Assembly (NCBI GenBank): GCA_039588295.1
Contig: JBDHAB010000003.1
Coordinates: 73,983-137,982 of the forward strand
DNA length: 64,000 nt
Direction of reading: 5' to 3'
Origin: Gemmatimonadota bacterium
GTDB taxonomy: Bacteria; Gemmatimonadota; Gemmatimonadetes; Gemmatimonadales; GWC2-71-9
Under the pieces are notes generated by a model. The model searched no databases. It saw only the letters and a list, made by a program, of their open reading frames with translations, and was not told the origin of the DNA. Position numbers and translations under genes: made by a program. Shown here in pieces: positions 1 through 9,566 of the stretch (positions are counted from its first letter, which is position 1; each line of letters starts with the position of its first letter).

Positions 1-312
1 GTCAAAGCCGTGGCTCCCAGCGTACACCAACGTGTCTAACGACACCAGCTTCTGCACATCCACCAGGTCTCTTCCGCTCACGATGGCAACCACACTCAAC
101 TGCGCAAGACGCCGAAGTGTCTCGCGGCTCTTCTCCGACAGCTGGGCCAGGTCCGGACGCGAGACGATGGGGGTAAGGGTGCCATCGTAATCCACAAACA
201 CGGCAGGCTGCTTCCCCTGGAGCTGCCGTTCAATCTCGGACAGGTGCTCGAGCGCGAGCGGTGGAGCGCTGCGGTGGTCAGTTGTCCTGCTGGAAACCGA
301 TCGAGCGTTCAC
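1..312 (-). CDS. otsB: Trehalose-6-phosphate phosphatase (HAD family), 5' part; runs off the left edge
   Basis: Manual translation of the minus strand (not in the ORF track) gives QPAVFVDYDGTLTPIVSRPDLA...VAIVSGRDL...LVYAGSHGFD, the HAD motif I and SGR/GSHG motifs of T6PP. GTG at 312 is the assumed start; an in-frame ATG also exists at 423. Confidence 0.85.
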   Translation of the reverse strand, partial: MNARSVSSRTTDHRSAPPLALEHLSEIERQLQGKQPAVFVDYDGTLTPIVSRPDLAQLSEKSRETLRRLAQLSVVAIVSGRDLVDVQKLVSLDTLVYAGSHGFD

Positions 313-563
313 GTAGTACCCCACAGAGATCCCTGTCGGTTGGACATTACCGCGTTGTTGTGCAAGGTCTGCGCTGCTTCGAGCTCCGTCAAGTCGCTCA
401 CCTCGTCGCTCGGTATGCCACATCGAGCTGGAAGAGAGCGTCGCCCGCCCGATGGTATATTTAAGGGTGATGCAGCCCATCCGCGACGCTCTCTTTGTGG
501 ACCGCTTGACCGCTTTCGTCGCCGGCTTGCCGCGCAAGCTGGCCCCTCGTTCCTGAGGAACGG

Positions 564-2372
564 GTGCCAGCTGGGATTCTCGGTATACCACAGCGGCTCG
601 GGCGCTGGATACGATTTGCGCTTCGACCTCCTGCCGTTTCGCTGGTCCATCACCCGGACTACATCAAGGGAGCGGTTCCCGGCCTCATGGACCCGTCCAG
701 GCCGGACAAGGTCATGGCGTTCCTGATGGATGAGGGGCTGGCGCGCCGTCACGACGTGAGTCGACCGCTGGCTGCGTCTCTGGAGAACATCCTGCGCGTT
801 CACAGCACGGCCTACGTCGAGTCGTTGGCGGATCCCACGGTGGTGGGTGACATCATGGGTCTGGAACTGGGTTTGCGCGACGCACAAGCCGTCCTGGATG
901 TGGCCCGCCTGATGGTGGGGGGAACGATCCAAGCGACCCGGCTGGCGCTGCGGACCGGCAAGACAGCGGTGCACCTTGGCGGTGGCTTGCACCACGCGAT
1001 GCCCGACGAGGGGATGGGCTTCTGTGTCTTCAACGACGTCGCCGTGGCCATCGCGCGGTTGCGGGCTCGGGGGTTTGCCGAGCCGGTCTTGGTCGTCGAT
1101 CTCGACATCCACGACGGAAACGGAACCCGGGCCGCCTTCGCGCATGACCCCACCGTGTACACCTTCTCGATCCACAACACGCCGTGGGACGAGGCCGAGG
1201 CGGTGGCCTCGACGAGCCTTGCGCTGGGCTCGGACGTGACGGACGGAGTCTTCCTCGACGCGCTCACGGAGACCCTCCCCCCCGTAGTGGCACAGCACCG
1301 GCCGGGACTGGTGGTGTACGTGGCAGGCGTCGACGGTGCCGCCAGTGACGCACTCGGCGACTGGAAGTTGAGCACCGACGGGCTTCTGGCCCGGGATCGA
1401 TTCGTGGTCTAGACGGTCAGGAAAGACGACGCATCCGTACCGATCGTGGCGGTGCTCGCCGGAGGGTACGGTCAATCGGCGTGGCGCTACACCGCCCGGT
1501 TCGTCGCGTGGCTCATAACAGGGCAGGCGGTCGAGCCACCGGACGCGGCGGAGATCATCGTGAGACGGTTCCGCGAGCTGTCGCGGCAATGGCAGATCGA
1601 GGAGACGATGGAGCGGGATGAGTCCGACTGGGGACTCACGGCCGACGATCTTCTCGGGCTCGTGACGCGGGAGGACACCCGGTTTCTGGGTCGGTTCTCG
1701 CGTCATGCCGTCGAGCTCCAACTCGAGCAGCTTGGTGTTCTCGACAACATGCGCAGGCGTGGATTTGACGAACTGCGGCTTTCCCTCGACGCGCCCAAAG
1801 GTCTTGGGCAGGTGCTCCGCATCCATGGTGCGCCCGACGAGCGCGGCCTCCTCATGGAGCTCAAGGCGAGCCGGAGTCGCAGTATCGTTCCCGGGTTCGA
1901 GGTCATTGAGATTGAATGGCTTCTCTTGCAGAACCCGCGGGCGTCGTTTTCCGATCGACGGCCGCAGCTCCCCGGTCAATCGCATCCCGGACTCGGCATG
2001 CTGCGAGACATGGCGGCCTGGCTGATCGTGGTGAGTGAGAAGATGCGCCTCGACGGAATCGCGTTTGTGCCGTCGCAGTTTTACATGGCGGCGGTGGGTC
2101 GGCGGCATCTCAAGTTTGTCTCGCCTGAGGCGCAGGGTCGGTATGAGGCGATTCGGGAGGTTCTCAAAGACCTGAGCTTGGGGAGCGCCAATCGAGCGTT
2201 GATCGAAGGAGTGGTGGTGGACGGGGAGTCGGGGCGTCCGGTGTCGTGGGAGCCCGTGCCGATGGTGCTTCCCGTGAGCTCCCGCCTCCGTGCCGAGATT
2301 TCGTCAACGCGCTACCGAGAACGTGCGGCGAGTACTCGTGCCTCGTTGCAGTTTCGACGTCGGGAGACCTAG
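564..2372 (+). CDS. Zn-dependent histone-deacetylase-family protein with a C-terminal extra domain; interrupted by an in-frame TAG at 1410-1412 (readthrough, nonsense allele or sequence error)
   Basis: GGGLHHA, GFCVFND, VVDLDIHDGNGT and AGVD..DALG lie in ORF 564-1412. The HDAC (L)AGGY motif lies in ORF 1446-2372 in the same frame; the junction reads RDRFVV*TVRKDDASVPIVAVLAGGYG. GAGG RBS precedes GTG 564. Confidence 0.85.
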
Positions 2373-5300
2373 CCGAGCGATTGCGAGACGAGTCGCAGCT
2401 GTTCGGCGTGATGCGCGGCGGGATAGCCCTCGGCGGGCGCCGAATGTTCGGGCCGCGAGAGATAGCGCACCTCCGGAATTCCGGCAGCCGCAACGGCTTG
2501 AATTGCCGGCACTACCCATTTCCGGGCGCCCATGTTCATCGGTTCTTCCTGCAGCCACACCACTTCTCGGACGTTGGGATACGACTCGATCAGCTCCGCG
2601 ACCTGCGCCTCGGGGAATGGATAGAACAGCTCGAGCCGACCCACTGCCACGTGCCTTGCATTGCCCCGCAGCGGCGAGTTGATGAGATCGTAGTACACCT
2701 TGCCGGAGCACAGCACGAGTCGTGACACCTCCTGCCGGTTTCCTGCCGGTGCCGGGTCGTCGAGGACGGGGCGGAACCGACCTTCACAGAGATGGCGGAT
2801 CGACGATGTCGCCTGTGGTAATCGCAGCAGGCTCTTGGGGGTCATGACGATGAGCGGGCGCATCTCGTCGTGCTTCGCCTGTCGTCGAAGGAGATGGAAG
2901 TACTGCGCCGGCGTGGAGCAGTTGGCAACCCTGATGTTTCCCTCGGCTCCCAGTGCGAGGTATCGCTCCAACCGGGCACTCGAGTGCTCGGGTCCTTGAC
3001 CCTCGTAGCCGTGTGGCAGCAAGAGGGTGAGCCGCGTCGTCTGTCCCCATTTCGCCAGTCCGGCGATGATGAACTGGTCGATGATCACCTCGGCACCGTT
3101 TGCGAAGTCGCCGAACTGGGCCTCCCACATCACCAGACTGTCTGCTGCCGCCACGCTGTATCCGTACTCGAACCCCATTGCGGCGTATTCTGACAGCGGC
3201 GAGTTGTGCAGTTCGAGTGGCGCGCTTGCCTGGGTCAGATGCTTGATCGGGGTGTACGGCGTACCAATCTCCGCGTCGAACAACGTGAGATGACGTTGGC
3301 TGAACGTGCCCCGCACGGTGTCCTGTCCGACGAGCCGGAGAGGCACTCTCTCCACCAGTAGTGACGCGAGCGCAAGAGCTTCGGCATGAGCCCAGTCGAC
3401 GGGAGCATCGTTCGCGAACGCTCCGCGCTGCCGATCGCGCACCTTCTGCAGTTTCCGGTTGACTCGGAAGTTGTCTGGCGCGGAGTAGAGTTGCTCGTTG
3501 AGCGCGCCGAGCAGCGTGAGATCCACCGCCGTCCGTGGCTCGTCGATCGGAATCGACAATCCCGAGATCCGAACCGGTTCTTCTCCCTCCGCTTCCGCCT
3601 GTTGGAGGTCGGCACGGAGTCGCGTCTGCGTCTCCGTGAACTCATGGTAAACCCGCTCGACGTCGGCTTCGGCCACCTCGGCCGTGACGACGTTCTGCTC
3701 GACTAGGGTGCGAGCGTAGATCTCGCGGACGGTCGGGTGGCTGTCGATGTTGAGATACATCACGGGCTGGGTATATCGCGGCTCGTCGCCCTCGTTGTGA
3801 CCATGTCGGCGATAGCCCACCAAGTTGATCACGACGTCGCCCCGGAACTTCTTGCGATACATGAGCGCGAGGTGAACGGCTGTGAGACAGGCCTCCGGGT
3901 CATCGGCGTTCACGTGCGCGATCGGAACGTCGAAGCCCTTGGCGAGGTCGCTGGCGAAATCGGTCGAACTAGCCTCGCGTTGTGGTGTCGTGAATCCGAT
4001 CTGGTTGTTCGTGATGATGTGTAAGGTGCCGCCTGTCGAGTAACCCTCGAGCCGCGCCAGGTTGATCGTCTCTGCGACCACCCCCTGAGCCGGAAACGCC
4101 GCGTCTCCGTGGATCAGGATTGGCAGCACCTTGGTGGGATCGTGCCGGATCTCGGTCGTGGATCGGTCGGTCTGGCGAGCCCGTGCATAGCCCTCGACGA
4201 CGGGATTGACCGCCTCCAAATGGCTGGGGTTCGGCATGAGGGTTACGGCAACCTGCTCGCCACGCCAAGTGCGGAAGGTCCCGGAGGCACCGTGGTGGTA
4301 CTTTACGTCCCCTGTCCCGCCGATCGGTGTCAGGGTTTCCTCGACCTCGCGGCCTCCTTCGAATTCGGCAAGCAGCGTCTCCAACGGCAATCCGAGTATG
4401 TGCGTCAACACGTTGAGCCGACCGCGATGCGCCATGCCGATCACGGCCTCCCCCGCGCCCTGATCGACCGCCAGGTCCAACGCGCGATGCAGCATCGGGA
4501 CGAGCATGTCCAGTCCTTCGATGCCGAAGCGCTTGTGGCCGAGGTAGTTGCGATGGAGAAACCGCTCGAGCACGTCGACGCTGGTGAGTTCGTTCAGCAA
4601 CTGAAGCTTCTCTTCGTCGGAGAGCGGGTAGCGGTGCTCGCCGGACTCGATGACGCGCCGCAGCCAGACACGCTCTTCATGACTCGCGATGTGCTCGATC
4701 TCGTAGGCAATGGTGCCGCAATAGGTGTCACGCAGTCTCGGGAGGGCGTCTTCCAGGGTCTCCCCACCCACGTAGGTCTGGAGTACATCCGCCGGGACGT
4801 CGCGCATGATCTCGGGCGTGAGGCCCAGGTTGTCCGGTTCGAGCGCGGGATCGCCTCTGGGAGGCGTACCGAGTGGATCGAGCTGGGCAGCGAGATATCC
4901 GTGCGTGCGGTGGTTCTTGACCAATGACATCGCCGCGGCGACGTGATACAACATGTCGCGGCCGACCCCGACGCTCGGAGCTGGTTCGGGGCCGACGACC
5001 CGCGCCGCCACTGCAGATTCGACCGAGAGCCACTCCACCCCCATGGCATCGGCGACGATTCGATAGAAATCCTGCTCCCCCTGCAGGAGCTGATCGACGG
5101 CTTGCAGAAAGAGCCCTGACTCGGCGCCCTGAATAATCCGGTGATCGTAGGTGCTGGTCACAGTCATCGCCTTCACACCGGCGATGTCCCGAATCGCGCC
5201 GGTCGCGATGATAGATCCCTGTCCCTTCATGAGTCGAGGGACCGAAGTGACCGTACCGATCGTACCCGGATTGGTGAGCGTGATCGTTGCGCCAACGTAT

Positions 5301-5977
5301 TCGTCGGGAAGGAGCTTGCCACCGCGTGCGCCCGCGACGAGGCGCTCGTACTCGTCGTGGAACTCCGAGAAGCTCCTCGTTTCCGCATGCTTGATCACGG
5401 GAACCATGAGCTTCCGCTCACCGCGCTTGCCCACCGTGTCAACGGCGAGGCCAAGGTTGACCGCGCCCGGATCGATCCGGAACGCCGCGTCACCCTCTCG
5501 AGCAACCGCGTGGACCATGGACGGGTAATCACGAACGGCGTGAACGATTGCCCAGCCGATGAAGTGCGTGTATGAGAGCTTGATGTTGCGTTGCCGGAGC
5601 TGCCGGTTGCATGCTGCGCGGATCGACCAGAGTCGTGACACATCGACTTCGCGGAAGGACGTCGCGGTCGGGATGGTGAGCGACTCCTCCATGTTCTGGA
5701 GCTGCCGGAGCGCCGGGCCGGAGATCAGGTCTCCCGGTGGAGGCGGCGGTGCCGCTGCGGGTGGTGCGGCCGGGACCTGTGCACTCAGCGGCGGGCTGAG
5801 GGTGGCCTCCCTCATCGATCCTTCGCGCCGCTGACCCGGCAGCGGCTCCTCGCCCTTGAGGCCGTTATCGAACAGCTCCCGCCATTGCTCTGGCACCGAG
5901 GAGGGATCCCGCAGGTAATCCTCGTAGAGGGCCTGTGCGAAGCCCGAGTTGACGGTTTCGAAGATGTTGTCAAACAC
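2369..5977 (-). CDS. sucA: Multifunctional 2-oxoglutarate dehydrogenase E1 with N-terminal E2 succinyltransferase domain (Kgd/OdhA type)
   Basis: 1202 aa. Acyltransferase motif TSTYDHRIIQGAESG; E1 motifs GMAHRGRLN, GDVKYH, HGDAAFPAQG, WEAQFGDF, LPHGYEGQGPEHSSAR. Confidence 0.95.
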   Translation of the reverse strand: MFDNIFETVNSGFAQALYEDYLRDPSSVPEQWRELFDNGLKGEEPLPGQRREGSMREATLSPPLSAQVPAAPPAAAPPPPPGDLISGPALRQLQNMEESLTIPTATSFREVDVSRLWSIRAACNRQLRQRNIKLSYTHFIGWAIVHAVRDYPSMVHAVAREGDAAFRIDPGAVNLGLAVDTVGKRGERKLMVPVIKHAETRSFSEFHDEYERLVAGARGGKLLPDEYVGATITLTNPGTIGTVTSVPRLMKGQGSIIATGAIRDIAGVKAMTVTSTYDHRIIQGAESGLFLQAVDQLLQGEQDFYRIVADAMGVEWLSVESAVAARVVGPEPAPSVGVGRDMLYHVAAAMSLVKNHRTHGYLAAQLDPLGTPPRGDPALEPDNLGLTPEIMRDVPADVLQTYVGGETLEDALPRLRDTYCGTIAYEIEHIASHEERVWLRRVIESGEHRYPLSDEEKLQLLNELTSVDVLERFLHRNYLGHKRFGIEGLDMLVPMLHRALDLAVDQGAGEAVIGMAHRGRLNVLTHILGLPLETLLAEFEGGREVEETLTPIGGTGDVKYHHGASGTFRTWRGEQVAVTLMPNPSHLEAVNPVVEGYARARQTDRSTTEIRHDPTKVLPILIHGDAAFPAQGVVAETINLARLEGYSTGGTLHIITNNQIGFTTPQREASSTDFASDLAKGFDVPIAHVNADDPEACLTAVHLALMYRKKFRGDVVINLVGYRRHGHNEGDEPRYTQPVMYLNIDSHPTVREIYARTLVEQNVVTAEVAEADVERVYHEFTETQTRLRADLQQAEAEGEEPVRISGLSIPIDEPRTAVDLTLLGALNEQLYSAPDNFRVNRKLQKVRDRQRGAFANDAPVDWAHAEALALASLLVERVPLRLVGQDTVRGTFSQRHLTLFDAEIGTPYTPIKHLTQASAPLELHNSPLSEYAAMGFEYGYSVAAADSLVMWEAQFGDFANGAEVIIDQFIIAGLAKWGQTTRLTLLLPHGYEGQGPEHSSARLERYLALGAEGNIRVANCSTPAQYFHLLRRQAKHDEMRPLIVMTPKSLLRLPQATSSIRHLCEGRFRPVLDDPAPAGNRQEVSRLVLCSGKVYYDLINSPLRGNARHVAVGRLELFYPFPEAQVAELIESYPNVREVVWLQEEPMNMGARKWVVPAIQAVAAAGIPEVRYLSRPEHSAPAEGYPAAHHAEQLRLVSQSLG

Positions 5978-6086
5978 GAGTCGGCTGGCTGCCTTTCAGT
6001 CCCAACGTCTTGCGAACACGCAAGATAGGAAGATCGGTTCCGCAAGTCGAGTTGACGCGTGCCTTAGCGGTAACCAGAGTCGAGGC

Positions 6087-6758
6087 ATGGAGATTCCCCG
6101 GATTCCCCATTCTTGGGCGGTGACGGCCAAGCAGGCGATCGCCATTCAGCGCCGTCTAGCTTCGTCGGTGCGACCGACACGCCCCCGCCGACGGCTGCGT
6201 CTGATCGCAGGGGTCGACGCCGCCTTCTCCCGCGACGGCAAGCATTGCATTGCCGCTGCCGTGGTATGGGATCTCGAGGACCGGCGGGTCGTCGAGCAGC
6301 GGACAGCGCGACGACGGCTTCGGTTTCCCTATGTCCCGGGTCTTCTTTCGTTCCGCGAGGCGCCGGCAGTGATCGCGGCGCTGCGATCAGTCGAGTGCGA
6401 GCCGGACGTGATCATGTGCGATGCGCACGGCCTCGCTCACCCGCGACGGTTTGGGCTTGCGTGCCATGTCGGGGTCATCTGCGGCATTCCCACGATCGGA
6501 TGTGCAAAGAGCCGCCTCACGGGTACGCATCGCCCGCCCGCCGTCAGACGCGGCTCACGCGTGCAGCTGGTTGATGGGATCGAGGTGGTTGGCAGTGTGG
6601 TCCGGACGCGGGAAGGCATCCGACCGGTCTACGTGAGCGTCGGGCATCTGATCGATCTGCGCACGGCGGAGCAGCTCGTGCTGGAGTCGGCAGTGCGCTT
6701 TCGGCTTCCGGAGCCGACGCGGTTGGCGGACAAGTTGGTCGGACAAACGGTCGGGTAG
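6087..6758 (+). CDS. nfi: Endonuclease V (deoxyinosine 3' endonuclease)
   Basis: IAGVD, FPYVPGLLSFRE, DAHGLAHPRRFGLACH, TIGCAKS, PVYVSVGH, LPEPTRLAD. ATG 6087 follows GAGG. Confidence 0.95.
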   Translation: MEIPRIPHSWAVTAKQAIAIQRRLASSVRPTRPRRRLRLIAGVDAAFSRDGKHCIAAAVVWDLEDRRVVEQRTARRRLRFPYVPGLLSFREAPAVIAALRSVECEPDVIMCDAHGLAHPRRFGLACHVGVICGIPTIGCAKSRLTGTHRPPAVRRGSRVQLVDGIEVVGSVVRTREGIRPVYVSVGHLIDLRTAEQLVLESAVRFRLPEPTRLADKLVGQTVG

Positions 6759-6838
6759 GCGGATGGACAGAGGGATGGGCGGCCAGCGTGACCGTGTCCA
6801 GCCTAGCGAGTCGGCGATCCGTCAACCGACATGTGTCT
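6741..6838. repeat. Degenerate period-4 imperfect palindrome (NNGG tract followed by CCNN tract) between convergent nfi and vWA genes
   Basis: acgg tcgg gtag gcgg atgg acag aggg atgg gcgg ... cgat ccgt caac cgac; similar tracts occur at 7482-7545 and 8244-8335. Confidence 0.5.
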
Positions 6839-8180
6839 ACCCCACCCTCCGTGTCTTCCGCCGCATGAAGTCCATCAGAATGTACTGGCCCAGGGTCATG
6901 GTGTTTGTGAAGTACGCCTTTCCGCGAGAGATCTCGCACACCTTCTTCACGAACTCGACCAACATCCGCTCGCGCGCGAGCATAAAGGTATTGATCATGA
7001 TGCCAGCCCGTTTGCAGGCGGACACCTCGCGGAATGTTTCCTTGAGGATCTTGGGGTCGAGCCCCATCGAGTTCACGTAGACCTGTCCGTCGGGAAGGGT
7101 CAGAGCCGACGGCTTTCCGTCGGTGATCATGATGATCTGCCGCATGTCTTTCTTTTGAGCGAGCAGAATGCGGCGGGAGAGCTTGAGACCTTCGGCCGTG
7201 TTCGTGTGAAATGGGCCGACCTGGGCGTGAGCCAACCTGGCGAGCGGGATCTCTTCCGCAGTGTCGTGAAACAGCACGACGCGAATCGAGTCACCAGGGA
7301 ACTGTGTCCGGATCAGGTGGGTGAGCGCGAGCGCGACTCGTTTGGCCGGCGTGAACCGGTCTTCGCCGTACAGGATCATGGAGTGGGAGCAGTCGAGCAT
7401 CAGTACGGTCGCGGCGCTCGAGCGATACTCCGACTGGTGGACCATGAGATCGGGATAGTCGAGGTCGAGGAAGGGTGAATCGTCGGACGGTCGGTTGGGC
7501 AGTTGGCCGTCTGTCTCTGCACGTCTGCTCAGCCGTCCAACCGCCTTCTTCAGCGTCTCAGGCACATCCAGATTCATCGTATCGCCGAACTCATACGGCT
7601 TCGAGGCCGCTTCCGCTTCGACACCCGTCGCAAGGTGGGCAGTCTCATGCGCTCCGAAGCTCGATTTCCCTACGCTCCCCAAGAGCTGCTTCAACGCCCG
7701 GTAGCCCAGGAAGTCCAGACCCTTCTCCGTCAAATTGAACTGAACGTGCTGCGCAGCCGATTGTGCTTGCCCGCCCGGGCCGAACACCTGCTGGTGACCC
7801 TCGGGCATCTGTGGCGACTCACTGACGTTCAGATAGCCTTGCTCGATGAGCCGCTGCACGATCTGGTCGAGTAGATCGGCCAACGCCTGCTGGATCTCGG
7901 TATCGCGCTGCGCGTCGCCGGTCGAGTCCCCTCTGAGGACCTGTAGCATCTCCGGGGTGAGCTTGCCGGATTCCATGAGCGCCTGGAGAATCGCCTGCCT
8001 CAGCGCGTCCAGCGACCGGTCCGCCTCGTCGTCGCCAAACGACCCCCAATACGAGTGGTGCATCGGTACGCCGGCGAATCCCGACTGGAGCAGGAAATCG
8101 CCGAGCTCGTCCAGCAGGTCCTCGAGGTTAATGGCGTCGAGGAGTTGCGGCAGATACTTGGAGTAGGTCGTGTAGCGCAT
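6837..8180 (-). CDS. von Willebrand factor A (vWA) domain protein, partner of the AAA ATPase at 10212-11681
   Basis: MIDAS motif [34 protein letters not shown] segment typical of AAA-associated vWA proteins. Confidence 0.9.
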   Translation of the reverse strand: MRYTTYSKYLPQLLDAINLEDLLDELGDFLLQSGFAGVPMHHSYWGSFGDDEADRSLDALRQAILQALMESGKLTPEMLQVLRGDSTGDAQRDTEIQQALADLLDQIVQRLIEQGYLNVSESPQMPEGHQQVFGPGGQAQSAAQHVQFNLTEKGLDFLGYRALKQLLGSVGKSSFGAHETAHLATGVEAEAASKPYEFGDTMNLDVPETLKKAVGRLSRRAETDGQLPNRPSDDSPFLDLDYPDLMVHQSEYRSSAATVLMLDCSHSMILYGEDRFTPAKRVALALTHLIRTQFPGDSIRVVLFHDTAEEIPLARLAHAQVGPFHTNTAEGLKLSRRILLAQKKDMRQIIMITDGKPSALTLPDGQVYVNSMGLDPKILKETFREVSACKRAGIMINTFMLARERMLVEFVKKVCEISRGKAYFTNTMTLGQYILMDFMRRKTRRVG

Positions 8181-8233
8181 CAGTCAGAGTCTTCCCCTCA
8201 GTGGTAAACTGGAATGGGAGGAAAGTTCTTGCA

Positions 8234-9556
8234 ATGACCGGCGACGGATTGACAGACAGACGGGGGGACGGATTGGAGGGTGGTGAGCAGGCAACCGCCC
8301 AACCGTCCAACCATCGATCCGTCCTCCCATCGATCAAGCCAGTAGCGCGCCGTGCGGTCTTCCCCGCGTTGCGCCACCGCAATTTCCGATTGTACTACGT
8401 CGGGTTCGTCGTGTCGTTGGCCGGTACGTGGATGCAGCGGGTAGCGCAGTCCTGGCTGGTGCTGGAGCTCACCGACTCGGCGTTCTACGTCGGGCTGGTC
8501 GATGCGCTGAGCATGATGCCGGTTCTGGTGTTCACGCTCTACGCCGGAGTGTTGGCGGACAGATTCCCAAAGCGACGGCTAGTGGTGATGACGCAGTCGG
8601 GTGCCATGGTGCTCGCGCTCACCCTCACGGCACTGGTCTTTGCCAACGTCGTGGTGCTATGGCACATCGTCACGATTGCCGCACTGATGGGACTGGCACA
8701 GGCATTCGACATTCCTGCCCGCCACGCGTTGATGGTCGAGCTGGTCGGCACGGAGGATCTGACTAATGCCATCGCTCTCAACTCCTCGGCGTTCAATGCG
8801 ACACGGGTGGTGGCACCGGCGGTGGCCGGAGCGCTCATCGCCACCGTCGGCGTTGGTGTGTGCTTTCTGATCAACGGCGTGTCGTACATCGCCGTGATCG
8901 TCGCACTACTCGTAATACGGTTGCCGCCATTCCGGCGGCCGGATAGCACGGCGTCTACCTGGCAACACTTGCGCGACGGACTGCACTACGTGCTCTCGGA
9001 CGTCCGGAGCCGAACGTTGGTGCTCAACATCGCCACGTTCAGCGTGTTCGGGCTCCCCACGTTCGTGTTGATGCCCGTCATGGCTCGAGACATGCTAGGT
9101 CAAGGTGCCGAGGCCTACGGCTGGATGATGTCTGCGGTGGGTCTGGGAGCGCTCGCCGGCGCCCTTGGACTCGCCGTATTCGGACACCGGCTCCGGCGCG
9201 GCCCGCTCGTGACCTGGGCCGCGACGGCCTTCGGCATCATGGTGGTCCTGTTTGCCTTGTCCCGATCCCTCGCGCTCAGCCTCGTGATTCTCGTCGTGCT
9301 CGGGTTCGTCACGTTCTTCACCACGGCCCTAACGAATACGCTGCTGCAAACGATTGCGCCCGATGCATTGCGGGGACGCGTCGTCTCGTTTTACGTGTGG
9401 GCGTTTCTCGGACTGGGGCCGTTTGGAGCGCTGCAGGCGGGAGCGGTGGCTGAGAGAATCGGCACCGGGAACGCCTTGGCGCTCGGCGGCGTCATCTGCA
9501 CGATCGTCGCCGCCTCGATGCTGCTGCGATCACGGCACTTGCGGGAAACGGCGTAG
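8234..9556 (+). CDS. MFS transporter (DUF894/MFS_3-like)
   Basis: ALRHRNFRLY..G..VSLAGTWMQRVAQSWLVLELT, GVLADRFPKRR, LRGRVVS; about 12 hydrophobic segments. Start uncertain (8201 or 8234). Confidence 0.9.
   Translation: MTGDGLTDRRGDGLEGGEQATAQPSNHRSVLPSIKPVARRAVFPALRHRNFRLYYVGFVVSLAGTWMQRVAQSWLVLELTDSAFYVGLVDALSMMPVLVFTLYAGVLADRFPKRRLVVMTQSGAMVLALTLTALVFANVVVLWHIVTIAALMGLAQAFDIPARHALMVELVGTEDLTNAIALNSSAFNATRVVAPAVAGALIATVGVGVCFLINGVSYIAVIVALLVIRLPPFRRPDSTASTWQHLRDGLHYVLSDVRSRTLVLNIATFSVFGLPTFVLMPVMARDMLGQGAEAYGWMMSAVGLGALAGALGLAVFGHRLRRGPLVTWAATAFGIMVVLFALSRSLALSLVILVVLGFVTFFTTALTNTLLQTIAPDALRGRVVSFYVWAFLGLGPFGALQAGAVAERIGTGNALALGGVICTIVAASMLLRSRHLRETA
8244..8335. repeat. Degenerate period-4 imperfect palindrome at the 5' end of the MFS gene
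   Basis: acgg attg acag acag acgg gggg acgg attg ... ccgc ccaa ccgt ccaa ccat cgat ccgt cctc ccat. Confidence 0.55.
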
Positions 9557-9566
9557 GCGGACCGGG

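Noticed and set aside
1410..1412. Genome-wide TAG reassignment (alternative genetic code)
   Set aside because: Many genes here end at TAG exactly where their families end (nfi, MFS, tamB, lipid kinase, sigma factor), so TAG is normally a stop.
309..2108. 599-aa minus-strand ORF that spans the TAG region without a stop
   Set aside because: It is the antisense shadow of the deacetylase gene in GC-rich DNA. It has no recognisable motifs, whereas the plus strand has a full HDAC motif set.
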